The notes beneath the pieces are model-generated. The model saw only the letters and a program-made list of their open reading frames with translations, was not told the origin of the DNA and ran no database searches. Below, piece after piece: positions 9,434 through 24,400 of a stretch of 64,000 nucleotides of DNA. How positions within the stretch are numbered: position 1 is the stretch's first letter; every line of letters begins with the position of its first letter. The DNA lies in the IMG/VR virus record IMGVR_UViG_3300012933_000171, positions 1-64,000 of that record; one strand, written 5' to 3'. Origin of the DNA: a virus. Its lineage: Duplodnaviria; Caudoviricetes. The position numbers and the translations under genes were made by a program.

Positions 9434-12400
9434 ATGACAAACAGAGTTAGAACACTTGATTTCTTACCAGAAATCTTTAGAACAAAATCAAATGAAGAAT
9501 TTCTTACTTCAACATTAGATACTTTGGTTCAGCCACCGCAGGTTCAAAAACTTCAAGGCTTCATTGGAAGTAAATTTGGTTACGGCGTGAATGCGTCGGA
9601 CAAGTATTTGAATGAGCCATCTACGCAACGTTCTGCCTATCAACTCAACCCGGCAGTAGTCTTTAAAAAGAAAGACACTAATGCTCCTTTAGATGTAATG
9701 ACATACACTGAATTGAACAATGCGTTACGTCTCGCCGGTAGTGTAGCTTCAGAATCAGATTTGTACTCAAATCAATTCTATTCATTTGATAGCTTCTGTG
9801 ACTTAGATAAGATGGTAAACTATAGCCAATACTACTGGCTACCTAGCGGACCTGAAGCAGTAACAGTCACAAATGTTTTGTTAAGTAAAACTGTTTCTTA
9901 TAACGTTACTGCAACACCTCTTGCTTTTTCTATAAGTGCAAAGAATGAGTTAATCGGTGACTACAACCCTGAACTGACTTTAGTTCGTGGTGGTACTTAT
10001 TATTTTAATGTTGACCAAGCTGCACCGTTCTACATTCAAATGACAAAGGGCACTAGTGGCTACTTTGAAAACAGACCCAACATCAGCACCCGTGACATTT
10101 TTGGTTTGCAAAATAACGGTGTTTCTACCGGCACAGTAAAATTTGAAGTGCCACTCATCGATGCACAGCAAGATTGGGAATTAAGCCGTGGTATTGATAT
10201 TGATTTAGCGACTACATTGAAATTCAGCGAAATTCATGCTCAACCTGCAGGCTCAGTATCAATTGACGGAGTTACTGACTTAGAAGGTAAGACTGTGCTG
10301 TTTTACGGTCACACTATCACTGCTACAGGCAATATTACTAAACTGTATGATACTGACACAGAAGAATACGATACGACAAGTTTTGATGAAACTGCGTCTT
10401 CACGTTTGTCAGCACATGCATTTAAAGTTGTATACGTCGGAGATAAGAACGACGGTCAATTCATTGAATTAATTGAAGCAGACACATTGCCAATCAACTC
10501 ATTGATGAAGATACAACACGGTGTTGAATACAACGGCAGAGATTTTGTCAAGAATGAATACGGTGAAATCATTTTAGTTCCGTTCGTGACTGCACCTTGC
10601 GATACGTACTACTACCAGTACGGCACTAACTCTGAAATCTACGGTGTTATTAGAATTGTTGAGAAAGAAGATAGTTCATTCATCAACGTTAATGATATCT
10701 TGGGAAAGAAAAACTATACCAGTATCAACGGTATTAAATTTACAAACGGCTTGAAAGTTGAGTTTGCAGGTAACATTTACCCTGAAGAGTATGCCGATGG
10801 TCAATACTATGTTGAAGGTGTAGGTTCTAGTATTAACTTAGTACCTATTTCTGAATTGATTGTGCCTGAGCGTTTTGCGTATGCAGAAAGTTCTGATTTT
10901 GATGGACAACCGTATGACGTGGGTCCTTTCAATGGAACAACTTTCTTGCCAATCGAAAAAGATTACATCACTATTTCTCGTAATAGCAAAAACAAAAATG
11001 CATGGTCACGTGGAAACCGCTGGTTCCATATTGACGTTTTAAAAACTACGTTAGAACATAACCCAGGTGCAAAACTTGTATCACGAGCATTGGGTAATGT
11101 TGAGATGATGGCTAAACGTCCAATCATTGAATTCTATCCTAATCTAAAGATGATGAATTCAGGTGACACTTCAGTTGATAACATCACTTATATTAACTTC
11201 ACTGAAACTGATGCGTTGAAAACAGTAGCAGGTTCTACTGACTTCTTACCTGATGGTACATTGAGTACGTTATTCAACGGCGCTCGTGTGCTGTTTGCCA
11301 ACGATAGCAACAAGGATGTCCGAACAACTGTCTATACAGTTTTCTACTCAGAAACAGTTAACTCAGCGCAGATTCCAGTAACTAACTTGAGTGCGTCTGT
11401 CATTAATGCTGATGGAAGTGCATCCTTAACTTTTAATATTACCCCACAAACTACAATAGTTCCAGCGAAGAAGTATTTGTCGCTAGTTAGTAGTACGAAT
11501 GGTTCATTCCAAGGTACGGTCCAAGTTGTCAGTTCGTCAGCATCTCAAATTACGTTACTGTATCCTACAATGCCGACTGGTAATTGGGATGCAACAGGCT
11601 CGACCTATCTAGTTACTAATTTAGAGTTAACACTAAATCCTACTGATTCAGTAAAACACATGGATCAAGTTACTGTAACTTCTGGTTCAAATGCAGGTAA
11701 GATTTATTATTTCAATGGCAGCTCATGGCTACCTTCACAGGATAAAGCATACATCAATCAATTCCCGTTGTTTGATATCGTTGACAAGAATGGTCATAGT
11801 TTTAGTGACATGGATTTCTACCCATCAACCTCATTCTCTGGAACAACATTATTTCAGTATAGCACAGGCACAGGATCTAATGACACTGAGCTGCGCTTCC
11901 CTGTCAAATACGACTTCATCCAAAACGTTGGGGATATTGAGTTTACAGTCTCATTGAATTCAGATACTTTCACTTATAATTTGAACGGTAAAGAAATCAA
12001 AGAGAATGTTAGAACCGGCTATGTTGTCAACGATGGCAACTATAATTTAGGATGGCAAACTGCGGTTGAAGAAAGTTTCCAATACCAAGTGTTTAACATG
12101 GTTTACACTGGGACGCCTTTCGAGCCGACATTTATTTGTGATATCCCAGTTAAATCGTCTTCTGAAACAGCATGGGCAACAACCGTTGTTTATGTTGACA
12201 ATGTCCGTCAATCAAACTCAGAGTTCACTGTAACTACTACTGGACAAACAACAGCTATTACACTTTCTACCTATCCAGAAGTTGGAACTAAAGTTGATAT
12301 TATGTTGTTAAGTGATTCGATTAGCCAACTCGGTTACTATCAAATCCCACTAAATTTAGACCACAATCCGTACAATGAGCAAATTGAAAAATTGACTTTA

Positions 12401-15400
12401 GGTGACCTACGTGGTCATTATAAGACAATGTTTAACAACGCACCGGGTTTAACGGGGCAAGCCTTCGGGGCAAACAATTCTAGAGATTTAGATAATCTGG
12501 TTCCTTATGGTACTCGAATCATTCAGAACAGTGCTCCTCTAACTCTACCGGCGGCATTTTTGCGTAATAACGGTTATAATTTCTTTGATGCGATGACGTT
12601 CAACAGCAATGAGTATGCAAAATACAAAGCATTGATTGTCAACACTTTAGAAAATAATGACTTTACGTACATCGACACAGCAAGCGGTCTTCTTGACGAA
12701 GTAATCGAAATCATCACAGAACCAAAGACAGTAAGTAACTCTTTCTTCTGGGGTGACATGCTGCCAGCGAAAAACAAAGCGTTGTCTAAAACATACACAT
12801 TCAAGTCAACACTAGATAATTCTGAATTTGATTTGTCTAAGATATATGATTTTGATAATGCAAACTATTCTAGTGTGTTAGTGTATTTGACAAGAACAGG
12901 CACTTCAGGTGTTGTAACTACTCAACTAACTCGCACAGTTGATTATGTTGTATCTACTGATGAAGCTAAATTAACAATTACTAAAGATTTGATCCCAGGT
13001 GATAAGATTCAAATCAATGAGTATCATCAAACATTCGGATCATTTGTACCAAGTACTCCAACTAAGTTGGGCTTGTACCCTGCATTTATTCCTGAAGTTG
13101 TATTAGATGCAAGTTATGTATCACCTACATGGTTCATCAAAGGTCATGATGGCTCATACAATCGCTTATACGGTTCATACAATGCTGGTATTTTGACAGA
13201 TGCACGTGATAGAGTGTTGTTTGAATTCGAACAACGAATTTTCAACAACTTGAAAGTGTTGAATAAAACTACCCCTATCAAATACGCTGATATCGTTCCT
13301 GGCTTTTTCAGAAACTCAACACACGAAACAAAAACATTTGCAAGTGCATACGAAACTCAATTTATGAATTGGGTTGGTTTGAATAGAATTGATTATGAAA
13401 CTCAAACATATGACCAATCAAATGATTGGACTTGGAACTATACTGGTTCTAAGTTAAAGTTAAATAATACTCCTATCACAATCGGTGGCTGGAGAGGTAT
13501 TTACTTGTGGTTGTACGATACCACTACACCTAACACAACACCGTGGGAAATGTTAGGATTGTCTATCAAGCCAACGTGGTGGGATAGTCATTACGGAGAA
13601 GCTCCGTATACATGTGATAACACACTCATGTGGCAAGATATTGCTAATGGTTACGTATGGAACAACGGTGACGACTACATTGTTGAAACTGCGGTACGTC
13701 CTGGGTTAATGTCAATTATTCCAGCAGACTCGTTGGGTCGTTTGGTTTCACCTTTCAGCAATTGCATCTCTAGTTACGATGTAGGAACATTCAAGCAAAC
13801 ATGGATGATGGGTGATGTTGGTCCTGCAGAATATGCGTATAGAAAATCTAGTGCTTGGGCATTTGATTTGATTCGTGTGACTGCATTGCAATCTCCTGCA
13901 AAATTCTTTAACTTGAACATTGACTTAGATTACTATCAATATAGTTCTACGTTTGACCAATATTTGACCAACGAACGTTATAGAATTTCTCCTCCTGAAA
14001 TCACAATTTACGGGACTGATGACACCACTGCTGCTCATAGTTACATCAATTGGATTGTTGACTATGTTAACCACAGCGGTTCAGTTGGTTCTGAAGATAT
14101 CAAGTCATTGTTTAGTAACACAGATGTGCGTTTGACTTATAACGTAGCTGGCTTTACTAATAAAGATATGATTAAATTCTTTACAGAAAATAGTTCAACA
14201 TCTTCTTCTAAAGCATCTTTAATTCCAGAAGATAGCTATAGTATTCTATTACACAGAAACCAAGCAGTTGATACTATCACTTACAGTTCAGTGATTGTAC
14301 AACGCACACAAACCGGGTATAAAGTTTACGGCAACAGACAATCAAGTGCTTTCTTCTTAGCGATGACACCTGTATCTGGTTCGTATGAAACATTATCAGT
14401 AAACGGTAAAAACATACAGTTGGCGAAAAAGTATTCGGCAGCTAAAGTAACGGTCCCTTATGGATATGAATTCAAGACGATTGAAAGTCTTTTAGAATTC
14501 ATCAAGGGCTACGGCAAGTATTTAGAATCACAAGGTATGACTTTCATTGATGTTGAGAATAGCATCGAATTGTCATGGGATCAGATGATTGCAGAAATAT
14601 TATACTGGATTCAAACAGGTTGGGACGTTGGCAGTACAGTTAACGTAAACCCTGCAGCAAACGTCTTGAGAATCAACACACCTAATGCAATTGTTGAACC
14701 ATTGACATTGACTAAGCAGAACTTTGTTCTAAATCAAAACTTGCTTCCAATCTCTTTATCTGATTTGTCAGTACACAGAAACGGAACCGAACTTACAATC
14801 AAAGCATTAAACGCAGGAGATGCATTAAGTTTCTTCTCCGGACACGTTGGCTCAATTGAGCATGTTGTTGTGTTTGATAATAAGACAGTTTTCGGAGACA
14901 CTATCGCTAATTTAACTACAGGCTTGCGTCAGCAACGTATGTATGTTAAGGGTACAAAGACCGCAGAATGGCAAGGTTATGTGAACAACGCAGGCTTTAT
15001 TATGTCGCTAGACTCTATCACTGATTGGGTTCCTAACGCAAAATACGTAAAGGGTCAAGTTGTAAAGTACAAGAATGATTATTGGATGGCTAATCAAACG
15101 GTCATCAACCCAACAAATAAATTTGACCTAACTGATTGGATCAAAACGTCATATGAAATGGTACGTCAACGCATGTTGCCGAACCAGTCATCTCGCTCAG
15201 TAGAATCAACATTGTTCTATGATATTAACAATGCTAACATGGCATTGGATTCTGATTTACTAGGCTTCTCGTTAGTTGGATTTAGACCACGTGATTATTT
15301 GGCAAGTGCAGACTTGTCGGAAGTTTCTCAGGTTAAGATGCACGTTGATACTATTGCTGTTAAAGGAACACCATTAACAGTAGCGGGCTTGAATAACGCA

Positions 15401-18400
15401 ACCATTAAAAATGAAACAGTTAGTTACTCTGTACACGAAAACTGGGCAATCAAGAACAGTGAATTCGGCGGGGTGAATAACCACAACTACGTGCAATTTG
15501 GACTTTCTGAAAGTAAACTTTCTAGCAACCCGTCTGTAGTTTCATTAGTCAATAACGTCCGTGTTCCAGACGTAAACCAAGAAGTTTCATTTGCAGATGT
15601 TACTAATTATGGTAGAACTCTAGCGAATGAATTTATTCTACCACAACGTGCTGTTGGAACAGACGACATTTTACGAAGTGCCGGTTACGTACACCTCGAT
15701 GATGTGATTGAAATGGGATACTCGATTGATAGTTTCAATGATGCTGCAATTGGTGCAATCTACAGAAACGATTATATTTGGGTAGCAAATAAAGATAACA
15801 AATGGGACGTGTTCACTCCTATCACAGTACCGTCTCAAGTAGTATCTGCGACCAATAATTTAAATGGCACTGTTACTATTACATTCGACAAACCTCACGG
15901 CATCCAGATTAATCAAGTAATCGGTTTGCAGAATTTTGATACAAGATTTGATGGTTACCATGTTGTAGCTGATGTTCCTGGACTTACTGCGTTGACAGTT
16001 TACAAGACAGTAGACTCTACTATTACTAGTGTTACTAGCACAGGTTTAGCTTTCTTGTTACAAAGCCACCGTGTCACTACACCAAGAGACATCCCGTATC
16101 TTCCATTGAATCACAGTGAATATGACCCTGCTAAAGTATGGGTAGACCAATCTAGTGACGGTGATTGGAAAGTATATAAGAAGGAACTAAACTACAAACA
16201 CACTCAAGTTAATGAAGGTTCAACTTCATCTAGCTTAGGTGATGCTGTTGCATATGTACCTGGTATCGGTTACTTTGCTGGAGATAAAACAGAAGGTGTA
16301 GTAACTGTTTATGCATCGTTAAAAGATGACGGAGTCTACTATCCAAAGAATACGTTATCATATCCAGGTACCAACTTTGGTTCTGTGATTAAACATGCTA
16401 ACAAGACTATTGTTATCTCTGCTCCTCATTCAACCATCAGTCAAATCTTTGTATACCGTGATGCAACTGATGAGGGTTTCTCTCAACCAGTATTAGAACA
16501 AACTATTGTTTGGGCAGGCGAAGCATCTGATATTGTCGGTAACTCTATCGCTATATCAGGCGACGGTAACCACATCTTTATGAATGCACAGTCAGGTGAC
16601 TACGATTCTGTATTCATGTACACATTAGATCCTTCATTGCTAAAAACAGGTTTAGGTTTAGCAGTTGCTTCTGATATCGTTGTCAATTCAAACTCATTTA
16701 CAGTTGCAGGTAATGCAACACAAACTGTAAAGGACGGTCAGCGTGTGACGTTCGCAACATCATTTGCTCAGTTGGCTGTATTGGCGGAAGAGTTTGTTCC
16801 TGATAGAAGTGATGCAGTCGACCGCATCCGCGAATCGTTTAAACTTGAAGGTAATCAAACTTCATTGTTGTCAAACGGAGATACTATTTCTTTCGGTGAC
16901 ACACATCTTAAAAATACATTGTTTACAGTGATATTGTCAAGTTATGTACCTTCCGAGAATAAGACAATGTTCTATATTGAGCAACAACCTGTGTTGATGG
17001 TTGGGTTAGAGAATGGTGTACCTACATACTTCCCTAATATCCCACTTGGCACAATGGTTTATAAAGTCTCATTCGATGATACTGCAACTTACACTGTTTC
17101 AACTAAATCATATAACAGCACAACTGATAAGACTACTTTCTACGTAATGAGTAAGTTTACTCATAGTATTCCTAGTGGTTCTCAGTTATATGTTGCAACA
17201 ATGAACTACGAGTTAGTTGAAATTTTAGCTAACCCAGTGTCATATGTAGCTGGCGACCAGCTAGGTGCTAGTATCGCAACTAACTATGATGGTACGAAGC
17301 TGTTCATCGGTGCTCCTAAGCACAACCAATCAGGTTCTCAAATTGCTACAGGACATATCTATGCGTTTGATAGACTAGCAGAATCATTTGAAGTACAAAG
17401 AGATGTACCAAAGTCAAGCACACACTTGGTAATTCTACCATGGTACCCTGGCATTTCTGCAATGGTTTATAAAAACGGCAAGAGACTGCGTACTAACCAA
17501 TACTTGATTATCCTGAATGCAATTTATTTCGGACCAATTGGGTTTGACGCAGGTGACATTATCACAGTCAAGGATTCTAAAGTAGTTCAAACAGGAACAT
17601 TTATCAACGGTGCTCCCGAAGACTTGCGCTCAGGTCAGTGGTTCGGTTATTCTATGGACTGTTCTAGTGACGGTACAGAATTGATTGTTGGAGCTCCATA
17701 TGCATTAACTTCTGACGGTTACGAGGGTGCAGTCTATCGATTCACAGATCCAGGCAAACGCTATGGTATGTTAGTTGGGTCGACTCCTGCATCATTGAAC
17801 GAACCCACATACATACTCTTGAACGGATATCGTGTGAATGCGTTTGGTATTTCTAATATCACTACGACTGTAACTCAAAACTCTACTTCAGTGACTATCG
17901 ATCCAAACGAAGCAAAACTATTACCTGAATCTGGCGTGATTAGATTTGTTAAGTTTGCAGGGGACTCATATGATATTGCATATAGTTCAGTCAATGACAC
18001 TACTGGCGTGATTACATTTAGCGTACCTTTCCCGTACAATGTAAGTTGCGCACCATCAACAAGTCAACTATACACACCATTAGGGGCAGCTACTAACATT
18101 GCTAACTGCATCAATAATTCAAATATTACAAACATATTTGCGTATGCAACTGAAGATAACAGATTAATTATTCGCTTGCGTGACATGTCGTTAGCACCTA
18201 GCATGAACAAATTAAATCTAAGTGTGTTTAACGGTAACTTCTGGACAATGTTAGGTATGATGCCTTATCCAATGTCGCAAACTATTGTTGCTCCACATAA
18301 AGAGCATCAAACACAGTTCGGTTTCGCAGTTAAGTATAATGAGGTGAATTCATTCGTAGTCGGTGCGCCGACAGCAACTAGATTTGCAGCTACACGTTTC

Positions 18401-21400
18401 GATTACACAGATGAAACTACTGCACATACTGATACTGCCTTCGATAATAATATGATAATCTGGGAGGATTCTTTCACTCGTGCTGGTGCAGTCTACATGT
18501 ACGACTACATCGATTCATATGAAGAGGCGTTAGATAACATGGGCAAATATGTCTACTCTCAACCATGTAATGACATAACTAGTGCGTATGGATCCCACCC
18601 GATGTATGGTGCTTCTGTTGATTTTACTAACAACAGAGTCATCATTGGCTCACCTGGTTTCGAATCTTTAGGTGGCAAAGTTACTATCTATAGAAATGAC
18701 ACTGGAACACCTAACTGGTCTGTACATCGCTCATCTGAACAAGTAGTTGATATTAACAAAATAAGCAAGATCCAATTGTTCAATAACTCAACTAATGTAA
18801 CTGAAGTCTCATTAGATTACTTTGATCCATTGCAAGGAAAATTACTAAGTGTTGTAGAATCGAACATCGATTTTGCCCGCTCTGTTGACCCTGCAGCATA
18901 TAACAATGGTAGCACTAATACTACGATTGCTTGGGGTAAAGACCACGTTGGTAAAATTTGGTTCAATACTGCGAACGTAAGATTCTATAATTACCATCAA
19001 GCTAATGATGTTGCCTACAATAGTAAACACTGGGGTGTTCCGTTCCCAGGCAGCTCAGTCGATGTATATACTTGGGTTGAGAGTAGCACTCCACCTAACG
19101 AATACACCGGTCCTGGCATAGTGTTAAACACTACACAATTTAGCGTGTCATTTACAACTGATTCGTCTGATGCATTGGTTGCAAAATACTATTTCTGGGT
19201 TAACGGTACTAACATGCTTAGTTCAAAATTAGGCAAGACGTTGACCGACTCTGCAATCGCAACGTATATCAAATACCCACAAGAGTCTGGTGTACCTTTC
19301 GTTGCTCCATTACGCACTAATGTGTTTGGATTGTATAACTCATTAGATTTTATTCGAGGTGATGATACATTCATACACGTTGGTTTCAGTACGACCGACA
19401 GAGATGTTCGAGGTCACACTGAATTTAAGTTGATTAGTACAAATACAACTGAGTTCTTACCAGGATTACCTGATTTCAAGAAAGGTGTTTCAGAGCCTTA
19501 CGGTCTATACGCAAAATATGTTGACAGCTTTGCAGGTGAAGACGCTGCCGGTGCAACAGTACCTGATGCATCTTTACCAAAACTGATGCAAGTCGGCGTA
19601 AGCGTAAGACCAAGACAAAGCATGTTTGTCAATCGCTTGCTGGCGCTAAAGAACTTGGTTGAGTACACTAATAAAATTATCATCCAATTCCCAGTAGCAG
19701 AAACAGCTTCGGCTACATTCTTGCACTTCGCTACAGAAACTATCGACACTACAAAATATTGGGATTACTCATATTGGTGGGCAACGGGTTACTCTGAAAA
19801 GAATAGACCTAAGTTTGAAGTTGAGTCGGTTGATATTTTGAAAACTATCGAACCAGTTGAGAATTTAATTGTGTCAGTCTCTAAGAATTCTAACGGAAAC
19901 AGAGAAGTCTATGTAGTTCAGAATTCTGAATGGGTTCGTATTGGTTTAGAGAATGGAACTTATCAATTCTTATCTACTGTGTACGACTACGCACCAGAGG
20001 GTATTGGTTTCGGTAATGGTTTCTATGACTTAGAACTATACGACAACAACACTGCACAGGAGACTAGATATATTGTACGTGCAATCAATGAACAGCTATT
20101 TGTAGGTGACTTAGAAATCCACCGTAACAAGAGTTTGACATTGATGTTTGAATTCATTCAAAGTGAGAACATTGAATCTCATAACTATCTACCATGGTTG
20201 AATAAGACAAAGTTTGCTGATGTTAACTACACAGTTCGCACGTTGAAACAAACTCCTAAGTATATAGCAGACGAGACTTCTTTAATCGAAGGGTATGTTA
20301 ACGAAATTAAACCGTTCAGCGTTGTTCTTAAAGAGTTTGTTGAAACATATAAAGTATCTGATGTAGTCAACGGTACAGCTACGGACTTTGATTTGCCGTC
20401 ATACTACGACTTTGAAGCAGGTAAATTTGTATCTCCTCAAGTTGTGTTCGGTGTATCTGCAAACGCAGAACAAAAAACAATCAACGACTCTGTTTGGGGA
20501 GACTATAGATACTTTGACTGGATTAGCAATTTAGGAATGGGCGTTAAGGGTGGAGAGGCTCAGCACATCACAAACTTGACTCAGTACATTAACGAGACCA
20601 TGATTGATGTTTATGTCGAAAATGCGTACACACTTCCTTATCAAGGTATCATGTACTTGGGCGCAGAACAAATCGGTTATACCAGTATCGACAGACAGCT
20701 TGGCAAGTTAACTGGAGTTTCTCGTGGTGTCAATAATACACCTCGTTCAGTACATCATGTAGGCACACCTATCTTTATGTATACACCTGATGTGTTTGTT
20801 TTAAACCCTGGTAAAAACTATCAACTCCCTCCAAAGATTACAGCGGTGATTGACACTACTGTTTACCCAGCCCCACGAAGCGAAGCATTATTCGAAGCCG
20901 TGATGCAAGCTGATAAAGTAGTAGCAGTAAAAGTAATTCAACCAGGTGAAGGTTATGTAACTACTCCTGAATTGATTGTCGAACCTAGCGCAACATTCAC
21001 GTTTGATAATTTTAGCACTGATACTCTTGGCGCTGATAATCTAATTGATGTTGCCAATAGTAAGTTAGTCACAACAGTTAATGTAACTGCTGATATTAGT
21101 TCATATGATGTTGTAAAAGTTGAATCGGTCACTGACGGTGAGCCAGTAATTGCCGATGGGTTCTATTATGTAAAAGTATCAGAGAGCAGTGGAAGTTATG
21201 TACTTACATTCTTTGAAACATACAAAGATGCAAAAACTGATTCTAAAGGAATTCAGTTCAACAATACAGTAAAAACAGCTGGCTATGTACTGAACGTACA
21301 TGTCACTGCACAACTAGTACCTACAATGAGAACTACTGGTGTTCGTGATTTGAAAACAACTATCAAATTTGACAGAGTTAGTTATTCAAGTAAAGTTAAA

Positions 21401-24400
21401 GAATGGCAACCAGGTTTATTCTGGTCAGCTCCTTACTCTAGTTTAGGTAACGATTCTTCTTCATCTGAAGAAAGTAGTTCTACAACAATCTTATCAAGCT
21501 CACAAGGTGTAGTGTTACCAATTAATGGTCTGCGTAATGATAACGGCTTTGCAGTCGTAGGATTTGACTACGCATACAGTAACATTAGCCCTGGGCAAAT
21601 TGATAACGCAATGCTGCAATTCTACAAAGTTACTCCTAGTTATACTCCATCGATTGTTGATGGAACAAACGGACGTGCTGAGATTCAAATCTTTAGACCA
21701 AAATTCGGTAACAACAAGTTATCAGAAGTGTACACTATTAAAGTAGTATCTCCGGGAACTATCTACACTAACGACTATGTAATTAGAATTAGTGGCTCAG
21801 AACTAGGTGGACAAGATGGTGTAAATGATGCGACTATTCTAATCAAGTATGCTGATGAAAACACTGGTGCGATTATAATTGCAACTGTATCAGGCAGAGC
21901 AGCCGGCACATTTGATGAATTCTATGTTAAGCCAGTTAATAGCACAGAAGTTAACGTATACTCAGACCCGGCAATGATCCGTAGAGTACCATTCACATCA
22001 TTCATTTGGAATGGTGCGTTGAATCTAACACAGGACTTCGGTGACGTAGGCAATGATTATGCTTACTTACCTGAACCAGTGTCTCACGATATCTTCTCGC
22101 AGCACGAGACTGTCTCGATAGTAACATATGCCGGAGTAATTTGGGCATGTAAGGAGAGTAATTTTGATGAGGTGTTTGACCCATCTAAGTGGACTCCGTT
22201 GACAACTGCCGACGTGTCAATGACAGCGTTGGAACGTATTGACGGATTCTATCAGCCAACAATTGGTATGGTTCCGAAAGACCATCAGCAATTATTAAAA
22301 GGCATTACTTATCCAAACACTGTGTACTTTGGTAACAAGTTTGCACCTGAAGACGTTGTTGAAGAAGATGTAATCTTGACTGATAACTTGTTCACAAATA
22401 GCGAAGCTGATGTTAAGGGTGTAGTCTTTAACGGTACAAATTATGTCGCAGTCGCTACATGTGACGGACTAACGTTCGTGTTGACACAAACTGAGGTTGG
22501 CACATGGAAATCAACTAGAATTTCTCTACAAGAATTGCCAGTGACAAGTTTCTCTTATTCCGATGAAAAGTACGTAATCACTCTTGATGATGATACTAAT
22601 CCACTATTGGTTAGTTTTGATGGAGCTCGTTGGATCAGCTTAGGTGATAGAACTACTTACGATTCGTTAGATTTTGATGATGGTTCATATGATGACTCTA
22701 CTTTACAAATTAGTTTAGGTGGCATTTTGAATTCCGCAACAGTGGATGGTGAGTTCATCACTGTCGGAAGTAAAATTGATGTATCATCTGGATGCTTAGT
22801 CTGGACAACTACTCACTCAGTCGGTGATGCAATTAGAACATTTAATACTCTCAGAGATGTGGTATTCTTAGACACTGAGCAATATAAAGGATATGTTGCT
22901 GTAGGATCTAGAATAATTGTGACTGATGGAGTCGATACTCCTGCACCAACACTCGGTACTGCTGCATTAGTCTTGACTAGTGTTGACGCAAAGACATGGT
23001 CAGTGGTAAATTCAGTGAATACTATGTTTGTTCCGGTAGCAGCAACAGCAACACCTGAAGGATTGGTAGCAGTAGGCGAATCTGGTAAGATAATGTTCAG
23101 CGGAAATGCAGTAACATGGATTGAAGCATTTATCGACGGTGACGATATCAATGAATCTATCATTGACGTTGCTTACGGAAATGGAATGTTAATTGCAATC
23201 ACTGCGTCTGGCATCATTTTAACGTCAGATGATGGTTTGACATGGGTACAACAGTCAGTTACCGTCAATGAAACATTGTTCTCGATTGTATTCATTAATA
23301 GCAATTTTGTAATTTCTGGACAAAACGGAACATTGCGAGTTAGCTCTAACGGTTCAACTTGGACAAACATCTTGACTCAAACTTTATCTGACACTACTTA
23401 TGTAGTTAAGGGCAACGACTTCTTGTTTGGTTATGGACCAGAAGAAATGGTTGCTGGTATTATTTCAGATAAAGTCAACATGACTGTTACATCAGCGCCC
23501 GGTGCATATTGGAACAGAGACGGATCTGAACAGATTTGGTACTATGCGTCTGGATTTAGTATGATCCAAGTCAAGCGTGAAATCAACGAAACTCTAACAG
23601 CATCTTTCGCGGAAACTGTAGCCAACGGTGCAGGTGCAGCGGTATTCATTATAAATGAAGATGGTACCATGACTCGTTTGTATGAAAACTTCTCAACAGT
23701 AGCAACCCCGTACACTTACACAATCAACTGGAATTCTAAAACTGTTACAGTTAACAGTGAAGATTTGATAGGGAAAACTGTGTTATTAGAACTTTATGAA
23801 TTTGGTAATGCGACAGAGAGACAACGTGAAAGCACTGAGACTATGCCGTTGTTCGATGACGTTAATACCGGACATAGCTCTATTAACACCGGACTACCAA
23901 TGTTGTATGGTAAAGACCTTACTCCAGTCGTTCTTGCACAAAAGCAAGGCGAAGTTTTAACACGCTTAGAGTTTGGGGTAGACTTCACAACGTATGAAGG
24001 TGACAACAATTCGTTAATCTTGTCACTGAATGAAACATACGATTCGGAAACAGATTACATTGTATATTCTATTGTACGTACTGGTAAATCTTCGGACAAC
24101 ATTGATGAGCATTATGTCTCATTGCCAGAAACCCAGTTGTTCACTGAAGGTGGTACTGAGTTTGTTATTTCATTAGGAGTGACAGCTCTACCTATCCCTA
24201 ACTTTAGAAATTCAATTCCAAGTGCAATCGTTGAAGTCGACGGTGTTCGTTTAAGATTCTTAAACGACTACTTAATAGATGAAAACAGTTTCACACTAAC
24301 TTTATTGAACGAAGTTCAGGAAGGACAAACTGTAGCAGTAACTATGTTTAATGGTATTACTCGTCAATATATGTCTACTGCTAGTGAAGTGTCAACTGAC